Positions 1 to 53,609 of a DNA stretch of 64,000 bases are shown piece by piece. Origin of the DNA: Eledone cirrhosa. Its lineage: Eukaryota. The notes under the pieces were generated by a model. That model did not search any database, was not told where the DNA came from, and saw only the letters and a program-made list of their open reading frames with translations. The position numbers were made by a program, and so were the translations under genes. Positions within the stretch are counted from its first letter, which is position 1. Every line of letters starts with the position of its first letter. The stretch is taken from positions 153,946,001-154,010,000 of the forward strand of contig OZ024741.1 of the NCBI GenBank assembly GCA_964016885.1. Reading direction: 5' to 3'.

Positions 1-690
1 CCTCTATAATTAGAGCAATCACTCTCATCCCCCTTTTTGAGAATTGGCATTATCACTTCCAATTGCCATTGTTTTGCCTTTCTAGAGATCCAGGCCACCT
101 AGCACACATGAGTCAGCCAGAAAATATCTTCTCTTAACATCTCAAGACGAATTTCATCTTCCCCAGAGGCTCTGCCACATTTGAGCGCTTTAATTGCTCT
201 CATAACGTCAGTCTCCAAGAGGTTAGTCAGTGCTCCTAGATGTACCTTGAGTACATCAGATGCTGTTGTGACCGGGTTTAGGAGATCAGTAAAGTATTCT
301 CTCCACCTTCAAAGAGAAGAATCCTAGACAAGTTCTTGATAGCAGGCATGGAGGAAACTTATAATTATGCAGTCTGTGGATTGTTTGCCAGAATATTTTA
401 TAAGCTGATCTAAAGTTGGATTTCAGCTTAACCCCAAAGTCCTCTCAATTCTTAACATTGAACACTTTTACTGTCTCTACTGCAACTTTACATGCATGTT
501 TGCATTGCATGTGCACAAAGGAAGACTTATTTCGAAGCCAAGCTTTGTAAACCTTCTTTGCTCAAAGGTATCTTTAACTACCTGATTAAACCAAGGTGTC
601 CTCCTGCCACTCAGCACCACACCAAGCCACTTCTGCCCTCACCATTTAACAGGTGAAACAGAAACTGCAGATTTAAAAACTTTCCATCAT
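1..690 (-). mobile_element. Decayed RTE-clade LINE ORF fragment (endonuclease-RT linker and RT N-terminus)
   Basis: Minus-strand translation with frameshifts gives RRTPWFNQ, RWREYFTDLLNP, ALKCGRASGEDEIRLEML, PILKKGD..DCSNYR, typical of RTE/Expander ORFs. Confidence 0.75.
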
Positions 691-1081
691 AATTTTATGT
701 AAAGACATATATTAAGTTATGTTCCAAATGCTATATTAATAATTGTTTCTACTGTTGGCACAAGGCCAGCAATTATCCCAGTGTATTACTGGTACTTTAT
801 TTTATCGACCCCGTAAGGATGAAAGGCAAAGTTAACCTCAGCGGGATTTGAATGCAGACCGTAAAGGGCCATAACTCTATGCTGCAAAGCATGGCGTCCA
901 CCCTCTACCGATACTGTCAATCCACTGCTATATTGATAATGAGAAAGTTAGTCATATTGAAAAACTCCTCTGAATTCTTTATTTTCAAAATTATTTGAAA
1001 ATCATAGAGCAGTGTATTTCATTAGAAAGGTGATGATGAAAGCCTGCCTACATAGTATACTCTGCATGTGAGTGGAGTTAA

Positions 1082-1288
1082 CCCTTTAGTATTCACATTA
1101 CTCTATATATACTATTATATTTTCATGATAAATGCTTTATCTCACATAATATTGAATCTATGAGATTTTGAAAGTATTTATTTTGAGAACAATATCTTAA
1201 CATCAGTTTGAGCGACCAGTTTCAGCCAGTTTCTACAGAAAAAGGTAGAGAATTCTGGCCGGTTTTGGCCGGTTTGAACATTAAAGGG
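1082..1288. mobile_element. piggyBac-type MITE family A (~205 bp)
   Basis: TTAA|CCCTTTAG...AAAGGG|TTAA termini with TTAA target duplication; other copies 2410-2617, 16883-17084, ~31065-31256, 31326-31543, 37794-37995. Confidence 0.8.
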
Positions 1289-1556
1289 TTAAACTGAAGT
1301 TGGTGGAGAAGTGCAAGTAGCTCGGGGCTGTTTTCATGAGTGGTGGAAAGCAGGAAACTGAATTAAATGCAAGAATTGCTGGAGCTGGTAGAGAGAGAGA
1401 GAGAGAGAGAGAAAAGAAGATTTTCTGGCACCTTTGGTCTTTTATTTATTATCCAGATATAATTATGGGAGTACTCAAGAATTACCTACATCCCACTAAA
1501 CTAGTTAATTCATGTTAGGGGTTATCACTTGGAATCAAATTTAATTTCAAACAATT

Positions 1557-1834
1557 CATCATCATCATAATTTTACGTCCGCCTTTACCTGCTTGCAAGG
1601 GTGGGACAGGTCTTATTCAGCACAGCATCTCTCCACTCGTCACGGTCCCTCATCATCTCCACCGTGAGCTTCCATGATCTGAGGTCTGTTCTCACCACCT
1701 CCGCCCATGTTTTTCGTGGTCTACCTCTACCACGTCTTCCTTCAACTGGCAATTCCTGGCACTTCTTCACCCAACGGTCATCCTCCATGCGCATCACATG
1801 TCCATACCACCTCAGTCTCCTCTCCCGTACACTA
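1557..1834 (-). mobile_element. 5'-truncated RTE LINE 3' end
   Basis: RERRLRWYGHVMRMEDDRWVKKC...GRRGRGRPRKTW...DRDEWR followed by tail CCCTTGCAAGCAGG..GGACGTAAAA..(ATG)n. Confidence 0.9.
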
Positions 1835-2067
1835 CAATTGTATCTATATATCATTATCAGTATCGGTAGAGGGTTGGGTGCCATGCTTTCTAGCACAGTT
1901 ACGTCCCTTTACGGACTGAGTTCAAATCCCGCCGAGGTTAACTTTGCTTTTCATCCTTACGGGGTCGATAAAATAAAGTACCAGTAATACACTGGGATAA
2001 TTGCTGGCCTTGTGCCAAAAGTAGAAACAATTATCATTATATCTATATATCATTATAGTTAAGGAGA

Positions 2068-2258
2068 AGGGCGGTGAATTGGCAGTATCGGTAGGGGGTC
2101 GAGCACCATGCTTTGACGCATAGAGTTACGGCCCTTGCCATTCTGAGTTCAAATCCCGCCGAGGTTGACTTTGCCTTTCATCCTTACGGGGTCGATAAAA
2201 TAAAGTACCAGTAATACACTGGGTAATTGCTGGCCTTGTGCCTAAAGTAGAAACAATT
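2068..2258 (+). mobile_element. Full-length young tRNA-derived SINE (family 1) with target-site duplication
   Basis: A-box-like TGGCAGTATCGG, B-box GAGTTCAAATCC, core GCCTTTCATCCTTACGGGGTCGATAAAATAAAGTACCAG; flanked by the direct repeat ATTATAGTTAAGGAGA (2052-2067, 2256-2271). Other copies near 741-930(-), 1858-2035(+), 2753-2967(-), 3995-4125(-), 4590-4800(+), 20369-20440(+), 21684-21811(+), 40480-40607(-), 50172-50330(+), 51708-51908(+). Confidence 0.9.
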
Positions 2259-4279
2259 ATAGTTAAGGAGAGTATATCTGATTTTGTTATATGTTTTGAA
2301 TAGTTCAGTAAAATTGACAATCTGGTAATTATCTGGAACCATGGGTACTAGAAAATTGGTGTTATTATACCTGTAACAAAATCCAGTTGTTTAGGGTTTA
2401 GTTCTTTAACCCTATAGCTTTTAAACCGGCCGTATCCAGTCAGAATTCTCTCACCTCTTTTTGTTCAAATCGGCCATAACCAGTAACTCATACTGGTTTT
2501 AGGGTATTGTTCTCAAAATAAATAGTATCGAAATGTCATAGATTCGATATTATATGAGATAAAGCCTTTACTGTGAAAATAGAATAGTAGATATAGAGTA
2601 ATGTAAATGCTAAAGGGTTAATAATTGATTAGTCATGACTATTCTGCTAGCCTTGAGGTATGCTAATGATAGAAGACTCTCTTCTATTAATAGTTTTAAT
2701 TTTTTATTTTCTATCTACTAGAAACTATAGTTTGACTTTTGTAAAAACTAATGATTTCTAATTTAGGTATAAGGCCAGCAATTTGTGGGAAGGGAAAAGT
2801 TGATTATATCAAACCTAGTATTTTGCTGGAACTTTATTTTACCGACCTCAGAAGGATGAAAGGAAAACTTTGACCCCAGCAGGATTTAAACTCAGAACAT
2901 AAACAGCTGTAATTAAATGGCGCAAAGCATTTTGTCCGACACTAACCATTCTGCCAGTCAGCCACCTTACTGTTGTAAAATATGAGATGATGTTGCTGGG
3001 TGTAAAATGTTGTGAGGTGCTGTTAGCATATAACGCTGTGAATTAGCAGTTGTTAGAATGTCTTTTTAAATTTTTTGCAGTATCCCACCAAGGTTAACTT
3101 TGGCTCTCATCCCTTCAGGGTGAATAATATAAAATATTAGTTCAGTGTAATGGGTTGGCAAAATTGTTTTTTCAGCCCTTTATATTCAGAGTTTGTTTGT
3201 GATAACATAGGCGCCAAGGTGAAAAGCCTTTGCTTTTTTCTTGGACAATATCGGTGACATGGAGTAGGGAGACTTGCATGCATCGAAGATTAATCTTACA
3301 TAAAAATCCTTCCCAAGGCCTCCACCTTGGTGAAGAACTTCCCATGTGCAGATCTCTGGTTACACAAGATGGAAGCTCTATATCTACCATATACAACCTG
3401 CTAGAAATAGCAGCAAAATCTGCCCCCAAAAGCTATCCTAATATCTTAAAAAAGAAAAGATACACTCGTTTACGTGGTCCTTGACAACCTCCCTCAAAAA
3501 AGACAGGATGGTTATGGCTAGAATACCTTTGATCATATGTTTGCTCTATCTAGGTTGACCTGACAATAACAATTATCAGAATAAGTTAGTTGTAGAGGAA
3601 ATTATCAAAATAATCATATTTGAGGAGGGTTTCAATGAAACCAGCTGATAGTTAATATTTTCTATAGTTTAACAGGTTTTATAAATCAATGGATTATCAT
3701 GATAATCTCAGAGATAATCTTTGAATTTAATCTTTAATCTAGTGTATCCCAGTTATATTCTGTTTTTCTTTGTAACTATCAGTGAAATTTACTGAGAGTT
3801 CAGGGTACATTTTTGTTAATATCTTATATAAAAATTAAAGATTTTGATATAAAGTAATTAGAAATCAGCGGATTGTTTAAATTGTATGTAGTGTTGTGGT
3901 GCTATATTAAATGGTGTTAGTGTTATATCAATTATCTGCCTTGATATATTATGTAAATTAGTTATAGTGTTATATAATTGTTTCTACATTTTTCAACCCC
4001 AGTGCTTACTGATACTTTATTTTATCAACCCCTTAAGAATGAAAGGCAAAGCTAACCATAGCAAAATTTAAAATCAGAACGTAAAGGGCCGTAATTCTAT
4101 GCCACGAAGCATTTGGTCCGACACTCTGTAAATTAATTAGGTTGTGTGTTAGGGTTATGTGTGAGTTTGTGTAGTGGCACAGGAAATAAATCTGGTGCAA
4201 TGGAAAATAATAAAAAAACAATTTAGTTGGCTATTTTGAAATGAAGATGTGGAGTGATGGTGTACAAGTGTAATATTAA

Positions 4280-4550
4280 CCCTTTTATGACCATATCTTT
4301 AATGACATACACTGTACTTCAGTTAATTAATAAAGAATTTGGCGGGATTTACTAAGATTATTATTTCATTATCAATACAGTATTTATAGCACAATTTATC
4401 AAAATGTTCTTATATTAAATTGTGTTGGAAGATTGTAATTTAAGTAGAAACCTTTTAAAATGGGTAGTTTAATTTCAGAGAGCTAAGGGGTGTTTTGAGC
4501 ATGTTAGTGGTTTTATTAAAAAACTCAGAGGCAGTTTGGTATCAAAAGGG
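4280..4550. mobile_element. piggyBac-type MITE family B (190-290 bp)
   Basis: TTAA|CCCTTT..ACCATAT...GGTATCAAAAGGG|TTAA; other copies 19170-19359, 24211-24433, 25550-25833, 34369-34578, ~36728-36924, ~38905-39117, ~40705-40936, ~41800-42001. Confidence 0.75.
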
Positions 4551-6194
4551 TTAACACATACTATAGTATATTAGGGTTAGTATGTTATAGGAGAATTAGC
4601 AGAGTTGTTAGAGTGCCAGACAAAATTCCTGCAGTATTTATTCCAGCTCTCTGCATTCTGAGTTCAAATCCTGTCATGGTCAACTGTGCTTTTCATCCTT
4701 TTGAGGTTGAAATAAAGTACTAGTAAAATACTGAAGCCAATCTAACCGAGTTTTCCCTACCCCCAAAATTACTGGCATTTTGCCTATTTTAGAAACCACT
4801 ATTAATGGTTGTATCCATTACCTTTCAAATAAATCACCAGTAAATTACTGGGTCAATTCTTCTTTTCCCACTTGCTGAAAGAAATTGGCAGTAGCTATAC
4901 CTGGAAAAAGATGGACCATGCCAGATTTAAAATGTCCAAGACATGTGGTATATAAAGGAGAGGGGTGGGAGAGAAGGAAAAAGTCACAGTTAAGTCATTA
5001 GAGAAGTATATATATATATATATAGATTTTTTTTTTTACACAATGCATATATATATATATATGCATTGTGTAAAAAAAAATGTATACACACTTCAACACC
5101 ATTCTAATAAATATTGCCTGTACAGGTAATCAAAGTGTGTATGCATTTTTAGGACACGCTGTGTGTGTGCGTGTGTATATATATATATAGATGGATAAAG
5201 AGAGAGAGGCAGTGAAGTCAACAGGTTAGTAAAGAGAGTGACAGTTAAGGCCAGGTTATAGTGCAGGTCAGATCTTCAAAAATTGTTGAGATATTCAAGG
5301 ATTCAGGATAGATTGATTAATTTTTTTTCTATATTGTTGATTATTTAATGAGATAGATGTAGGAACAAGATAGCCTTAATAACTAGCATAGGTGTACATC
5401 ATTAACTGGAAGAATGATTAAAGAGATTTCCTAATGCGCTATAAATTAAGGACGCCTCATGTTGTAGATCATCTTGTGAAAGTGACTGAAAAAGTCACAG
5501 AAAATTAGTCTGTGTTGTGAAGAGGTTGATGATAGGAAGGGCATTTATTAACACATAATAGGAAGAGCAAACATTAGTAAAGTGATTGATGAGTGCATCC
5601 ACTAGTAAAGTACTAATGATAAGAAGGGGTCCATTGGTAAAGCCAAGGCTAGAAAAGAACAAAGCTAAACAATTTTTTTCTATTGTGTGGCAATTGATAA
5701 AGGATTGTGACTGGATGCGATATATATATATATTAATTGATATTCTTTATATTTTTTAATTGATATTTCTTAATTCATATATCCTTTTTCGTGATAGTTT
5801 TCTAAATACACTGATATATATATCAGTTTGTATAATTGTAGATAATATATTAGTCAATCAAATTAATATATATATATATATAATACAAAAGCGTATATGA
5901 ACCAACATAATGTATGTATTAAGATAATTTGGTTAACGATTTCTAAGCGGTTTTAAATAGTATTTATTATTTTTTTTAAAGAAAAATATAATTCTGTTTT
6001 TTGTCTTCTATTCTACATTTCGTTTTATATATTTCTCAAAATAAATTCACTATTTGTTTTACAAGTAATTAGCAGCAAATCTATTGTCAAAAATTATTTT
6101 GATAAGGAAAAAGATAAATTTTAGTGGAGTATATGTCACATTCAAGTCATACACAAGCCGACTGAGAATTGTGAGAGGCTTTACTGCTTAAAAC

Positions 6195-6266
6195 ACTTCC
6201 GGGTGCGCAAACATGACGTCATATCATGCGCAATAGCAAAGGGGCGTTAAAAGGGACGCCATATTG
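6195..6266 (+). promoter_or_regulatory. Rab11 housekeeping-type proximal promoter
   Basis: ETS core ACTTCCGG (6195-6202); full CRE ATGACGTCAT (6213-6222) flanked by two TGCGCA (6204-6209, 6227-6232); YY1-like CGCCATATTG (6257-6266); 210-290 bp upstream of the ATG; CpG-rich relative to flanks. Confidence 0.7.
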
Positions 6267-6479
6267 ATATATCCGTTTACAGAAAGTGACAAATATCATA
6301 GGGCAAAAAAATTGAAATAATCCTAGCCATCCGGCGACGTATCAACGAAATATAAATATAGAACGTATCTAGACTCTTCCAAAATTAATTTGTACTCTTT
6401 ATTTTAACTTTTTGTCACTCTGAAGCGTATAAGGAGCCTTTTGTTTACAGCTAGTAATCCTTACGGGAAAACGTAGACG

Positions 6480-46418
<39,939 letters not shown>

Positions 46419-47760
46419 CCCCTGTGTATGGGACAAGAAAAGACTGGCTGCAGAGACCCAACAGAAACACTGTGACAAAGGGAGGGGGGCAAGGGACTGG
46501 GTGAAAGCAGGCAGGCCGCTGGCTAGACAGGGGTGAAAAAGGGGGTGGAGCAGACACATGTAAACCTCTCTTGCAACATTTACTGACTCACAGATGGTGT
46601 GACAGACTATTGCCTCTGTTATGTCTACTACTATTTACTACTTTAGTATTTGTCATAGCAGCCGGGATTCTAGTGGGGGATGGAAAGCAATAAATGGCAT
46701 GGTGATTTAGTCATCACATTGACAAAATGTGCTTGACTGCGTCTGTACATATTATCTCCATGGCTTCACTCAATACAATTGTGCAGCTAAGTAAATTGTG
46801 TCAACTACTGATCTCTTAGGCTCTATGTTCGCTTTTTAAGTTTTATTATATTATTAATTATTCTTAATATTATTAATATAAAATCTGTCCATTCCTTCTT
46901 ATATTATTTATTTCAAATCAGAAATATTATTCATAATAATCTTCTCTACAGATTGAAACTAAACATTCTCTAATTGAAAAAAATAACAAAAAAAAAAAAA
47001 AAACTGTTTCAATATCTCAATGACCTCTTAATCCTTTTAAAGGAAAAAAAATGTAGTTGGTGATCATCTTATGTTTTTCTTTAAATTTACAATGACAAAA
47101 CAACCTTAAATGCTAGGAAGCTGTTCATGTATTTCCTATTTTTTAATTTTATTTCTGTCTTCTCTCTCAGAATCTTAATTGACTTCTGTTAAAAAACAAA
47201 ACATGTCTGCTTGATAAATTTGCCTCTAATTAATTAATTAATTAACTCTGTTAACCAACAATATCTATGCATCTGTTTTGTTCATTTTTCTTACCCCCTT
47301 CTAGCGATTATAATAATAAATAATTTAAAACATTTAAATAAATTATTACTTTGAGATTTCTTTTTCTGTAGTGTTTTTCTGTTTATGGTTGATGACACCA
47401 AATTAGATACTGTTGTTTGGGTGAGTTTGTTTTCTTCTATAGGTAGTCCAAGTGGCCAACCAAACTAATTAAGTAAATTACCTTTTTAATTAACTCTTGC
47501 TGCTCCACTTAAGCTTTTCTCCAACTTGAAATGTTAAACTTAAGAGTGAATGATGTAACTTTTCTCTGTGCTGAATTTGTGGGATGTCCACCATTCTTCG
47601 ATTTTGAATTTGTGGACAGCCGACTTCGATGTTGAATTTGTGGACTGTCCACTTTTCTTCGATGTTATGCTGTGTGACAAGGTTATCTACTGCAGGTGTG
47701 GCTCTTTTATTAACACACTCTCATACACACACACACACTCACATGTACACACGCACAGAT

Positions 47761-47799
<39 letters not shown>

Positions 47800-49680
47800 A
47801 TAATCACCACATATCTGAGTATTTCATGGTTTTGTTTAAAAACTCCAATTAGGATGGGGCTTTCTTTCACTCCTCTACATCCCTCCCTCCCTTACTCTCT
47901 CTCAATCCTCTCCTTATGGTTCAATCTAGCTTCATAGTTTTATAAGTTCTTTTCTTCCTTTTACTTTCTTTGTTTTTCCCCTCCCTTTGCTCTGGCAAGT
48001 GGTTAGCACAGTTTCGGTTGACCAATTGATTTTGCAAAGTCTTAATTATTTTAACTAACTGCCAAAGGTCAGTGTGCACTATAATATATATATATATATA
48101 TAACTTTGTGTGTACACATTACTGTAATGTTGTTACTCTCTATTGCTACTCTGAGTTCCATGATTAATTGCATGATCAGTAAGTAATCACAAAACTCAAG
48201 AATAATCTCAGTAATATAATAAAACTATTCTATATTTTCTACTTTGGTATCGAGGACTTTTTTGCAACACATTTATTGTAAATGTGGGAATCCTAAACAC
48301 AGAAAGTCGATTGCTATAAATAATAGCTTAGTGGCCAGCAGCATATATACATATATATATATATGTATAGGTAGATATAAATTTCACCCCTGTGCATGTA
48401 TATGTATAATGGAGTTTGAGTGGTATAAATAAATAAAATGACAGTTGTCATGGTTGTGTTATCTTCATTGTGAAGTCTTTAAGTGTGTATGTGTGTATAT
48501 ATGAATATATATATATAGCAAACCACACACATAAAATTGTGTACAGAATACATTTTCACATGAAAAGTCTACAATTTGTTACCAATGAGTTATTTTTTCC
48601 TTTAATATTACATCATTGGAAAAGGGATGGGTTGGAGGGAGAGATGAAACATTAAAAACTTGGTACTCTAAAATAAAATAAGCTTATGAGGCTGTAGAAA
48701 ATTGAAGAAATAAATTAAAAAAAACTTTTTTTTTTTGCTTTTTCTTGTCATTTCATGTTTTGTGCTCATCAAACTGCTTCACTTGCAAACGAAGTTGGAG
48801 TAGAAATATACTTTTTTGCTTTTTTTTCTTCCTCTACAGAGCCCAGACATATTGCTAAAGTCAGTTAGTGGTAAGGTTCTTTGAAATGTAAAAAAGACAG
48901 CATTGCACATTTGAGCTTTTAGCATTGAGTTAAATGTATCCAAATAGGATATGTTGGTTAGTACTTTTCTAAAGAATGTTAATGTCTAGTTTGTAGAGCA
49001 GTATTAGTTTTGGATGTAAAAGTCTGGTTGGGTAGCAGATCAGAAATATTTAGGGGTTTTCATCTTACAAAGCAGGCAACTATATATTTTTTTGTATAAT
49101 AAGAATGTTTGTCTGCTCACTGCTAATATTTTGGTGATGTGATGTTCGGTAGCTATTGGCTTTTCTTGGAGGTGGTTGTTACAACTGTTTGATGATAATA
49201 ATAATAATAATAATAATGTTACAATTTTTATTCCTCAGGGCATCATAAAACTGCTTTGTGATTTGACTTTAATGTATGTACATTCCTTACCTCACCACTC
49301 CTACTTTCTACTTCCCCATGGTCTAACTAAAAGAGGTATTAATGAAGTTTATTTAGTAAGGTTGTTGTTACTAATGAAGGTTTCATTGACAGTTTGCAGC
49401 AGTAATGATTCACTTTGTATGGTTTTAAATTAAAATTGATTGGTTTATTATTGTCAGATTATTTGGTCTGTTGACACAGATTGTGAAGTGTCAAACAGGT
49501 TATCATTTCACCACCATTGGGAGAATTCATTTCAACTAGGCCCCCAATATATTGCTGGTACTGCTCACTACTTCAGTCCCTAGCCTGCTCTCACTGAATT
49601 CCTTGCCTGCAATGGCTCTTTTTGCCATTTGACAGTATATTCTAATTCAGCCATGTCTCTATACATACATCATACATACA

Positions 49681-49727
<47 letters not shown>

Positions 49728-50616
49728 GTGTGTGTGTGTGCACATATGTACACACAAACGCACGTGTGTGTGTGTGTGTGTATATATATATCTCCTTTAA
49801 GAATGAAATGAATATATATTTGACAATTATTAATCACGATGACAAAAAAATTGAATAAGATTCAATTCTAGGAAATGTCAGTCTCGCCTATATGCTGTTA
49901 CAGGTTTGGTGTTTTAATTTTCTTTTATTTTTTTTTGCATTTCAAAAACAAACAAAATTTAATCTTTCTTCAACTTGAACTGCACCAGTTGTATTTTTTC
50001 TTTTTCTTTCTTTTCTGTCCAAGAACAAAGAATAGATTTAACTTGCAAAGGCGTGAGGGGGTGGGGGGTGGGGTGGGGGGAATACAAAAAATGACTCTAC
50101 CAGATGATTGGTGCAGTATTTCATAGGGTAGTGGGGGGGCATGTTCATTTTGACAAATCCTATTACGTGTTGGATTGGCAGAATTGTTAGTATGTCGGGC
50201 TCAGAATTCCTGCTGTATTTTAGTCACAGTCCATTACATTCTGAGTATGAATCCCACCAAAAGTGACTTTGTCTTTTACCTTTTTGGAGGGGTCGATAAA
50301 ATAAAGTACCAGTGAAATACTGGGTTGATTTTTTTTTTTTTTTTTTAATATTCTCATAGAGCATCCTATATGTGAATGGGATTATAATAAAACTGCCTAA
50401 TTTGTTTTCATTATAGTAATTCTCAGTTCATTGTTTGTGCCAGGGTTCCAATGTCCTTATATTGTACAAAAACTCTGTTGATATCTAAATTTTAACATCT
50501 TGATCATAAAACTCCCAAATTGTGAAAACTCTGTAATCTTGTGTAGATTGGCATTCATAAGATATGGAAATGGTTTCTTCTACAATTCTCTCCTGTGTGT
50601 GTGTCTATATGCGCAT

Positions 50617-50653
<37 letters not shown>

Positions 50654-50810
50654 ATGTATACATATATATATATACATACATATACATGTGTATATATATA
50701 CGTATATATAATTAAAATTATACAGCAACGTTTCCCTACTCTTTCCATGTATGTATGTATGTATGTAAGCATGCATGCGACCACATTCACTCACACATAC
50801 ATATATAGAA

Positions 50811-50855
<45 letters not shown>

Positions 50856-50945
50856 CACATTCACTCAACTATAGCCAAACTGAATTATCCTGTGATTTTA
50901 ATTTTCTGCTTGACTGAATAAAATATGCTTTTAAACAAATGATAA
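46419..50945 (+). other. Putative long Rab11 3' UTR with several candidate poly(A) signals
   Basis: Transposon-poor, U-rich ~4.5-kb stretch after the stop; AATAAA near 46689, 48428, 48672 and at 50917-50922, the last followed by T/GT-rich sequence. The true 3' end cannot be fixed from sequence alone. Confidence 0.45.
47572..47666. repeat. Three-copy ~30-bp tandem repeat in the putative 3' UTR
   Basis: TGAATTTGTGG...CTTCGAT units starting at 47572, 47605 and 47633. Confidence 0.8.
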
Positions 50946-51429
50946 CTCTTCAAATCCTCTCTTCCAGTTTGTTTTTACTTTTTCTATTTATAATTTTTAA
51001 TGAAAACACGAAAAAAAAAAACCCCCATTGAAATTGCTATTTTTGTTGTTGTTGCTGTTTTTACATAAGAAACTTGTAGACTAGGTTGTGATGTCCGGTT
51101 TGAGAAACACCACTAAATACACCAGAGGGCGTATCTGTGTTACAGATGTGCACTTAGACGTGAAACGATGATGATGATACTATCTTCCACACTAGCATGG
51201 GTTTAGAATTGCATATTTCATAACTTACAGTAAATAATTAAGAGAATGCAAGAATAGTTTTAATTAATAATTATTGAAGAAAATAGTTCCTTTTATTTGA
51301 AATTATATTGAAGATGGTATGAGTGGGGGTGATTTGATGGAGATTTCATTTACTAATCCCGTCAATATGGAATGAAAATAAAGATGATGTAAAAGAAAGT
51401 GTGATGATGACCAGCTTTGGTCATTTGAG

Positions 51430-51685
51430 CTGAGTTCTGACAGGTTGGTCATACAAGCTACTACAAAGCATATATTGCCCTGTTCTGACCAGTTGGCCAT
51501 ACAAACTACTACAATACTAACATAGCTCTCAGTTGATCATACAATTTGCTACAATGCCAATATTACTGTTCTGACCAGTTGGTCATACAAGCTACTATAA
51601 TGCCAACCTTGTATGATGACCTGATGATTGCTACAATGCCAGTATGGCCCTCTGTTTTGACTAGATGGTAATACATAAATAGCCA
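51430..51685. repeat. Degenerate ~40-48-bp tandem repeat
   Basis: Recurrent GTTCTGACCAGTTGGTCATACAAGCTACTACAATGCC-like unit, about 5 copies. Confidence 0.7.
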
Positions 51686-53609
51686 TGACTAAACATTAAC
51701 AGAAAGGACTGGATTGACAGTATTGCTGGAGCATTGGACAACGTACTTTGTGGCATATAGTTACGGCCCTTTACACTCTGAGGTTAGCTTTGCTTTTCAT
51801 CCTTTCGGGGTTGATAAAATAAAGTACCAGAAACACACTAGGGTCAATTTAATAGACTTTCCTTTAACCCAAAATTGTTGGCCTTGTGCCTGAATCAGAA
51901 ACCATTATACTAACAGAAAGACATCACTGAGAATGATGGAAGAGGAAATGAAAGCTAAGTGGGATGTAGCTGAGCAGTTAAAATGGAGACACTTGTCATG
52001 GGTCCTGCAAGGAAGATGGCTTTAAAATGTTTGGTGTTAATTATGCCATCAGGATTTTTGTGGGGTGAATGACAACAATTCAAACCTGCAATTGGGTACT
52101 AACAAATTGCTCATTAAGTACAGTGACATCTGGGGTGTAGAGGCCAGCACTCGAGATGTTTTTTATTTTATTTTTTGTTCATTTTCTATTCTTGTAGCCA
52201 TTTCATGTCACATCTATCATCACATTTTAGAATGGTATAAGACCCACATATTCCTTATTTCCCCTATAAATCTGAAGCTTGTTCTTTGTAAGAAATCGGG
52301 GAATTAAGTTGAATGTTCTAGTGTACCAGTGATTTGTACCAACATACTGGTATGTGAAGATTGTCTTACATTGGGACATTGTCACATTTGTTAGGAAACA
52401 GGAGGGATACGGTACAGTAGGAATTGAACTGTGAACATAGAGGATGGATGCATTGGATAATGTAGTTCAGGATATATTATGCCTATAAATAAATAAGAGG
52501 ATGTCATAGCTGGAACACCTTTGATCATAGATCTGCTCATTAAGGGCTGATTTGAGGTTAAATAGAAATGAAAATTTTACCTTTGGGAATCGAACTTTGT
52601 ACTAAAACCAGTTCAGTTTTTGAAATCTGGATCTGATAAAACTATCAATAAAGCTACAAATCTTTGATCTTCTGCCATTGGAATCCTGTTATATTCATTT
52701 TTTTTTATTATTAGGAATTGTATTTATATATCCTTTTCTGTGGAAGTGTTGTTCCCTGTGAGCTATAGGAGAGAACTAGTAAAAGAATTAGCATCAGGGA
52801 GGGCAGTCAACACTGCCTCAAAATCCTCTCCAACCCATGCCAACATGGAAAACCATGATATACAACAAATGTTGAAGCACTAAGTGACCATTTATCTCAT
52901 GGTATCAGATAGCTTCTATATCTTTCATATTGTAATCCTAACTACTTGATTATAGCTAAGATAACATTAAGACCAAAGGTAAGCTTTTGCTACTAAACAA
53001 TCTGTATGTGAAGTAGGAGTTGGCAGTTTCAGTTACTTGTTTGCTCAAAAGTAGGTACAAGCTTTTAATTTTATTTTGGAGTTTTCTGGCCTTGTGCCAA
53101 TGTTTAGAAAGCCTTATTCCAAATATAAGGAACCCCCCCCCCCTCCCACCACCGAACATCATGACAACAGAAGCGTAACTAATTTATTTGACATTGAAAG
53201 TATTAAAATTACAAGATGATCCTTTCAGGGATCAATAAGGTCAATACTTAATCCTGGTATTTGTAATTGTTAAATTAATGACACTACATCTCTTCCTGGA
53301 TTGTAAGCTAGTTTATTATAGCCAATTTTTTCCCCTATAGAAACTTAATCTACTCTTACCTCCAACCACAGCTAGGTGAACTAATGAAATGCTTTCTGAG
53401 ACAACAAAAAGCACCCATTACACTCTATAAAAGTGAGGTCACACTGTAAAGTCATTGACAGTAGGAAGAGTATCGAGCCAGTGATACCATGCAAAAAAAA
53501 AAAAATGGAGGGTACGAACAAGACATGGTCACTCAACTTGTCTAGCTTCAGTACATGACAACTTGTCTAATCAATGCAAGCATGGAAAATAAAACAGTGA
53601 TGGGGATTA

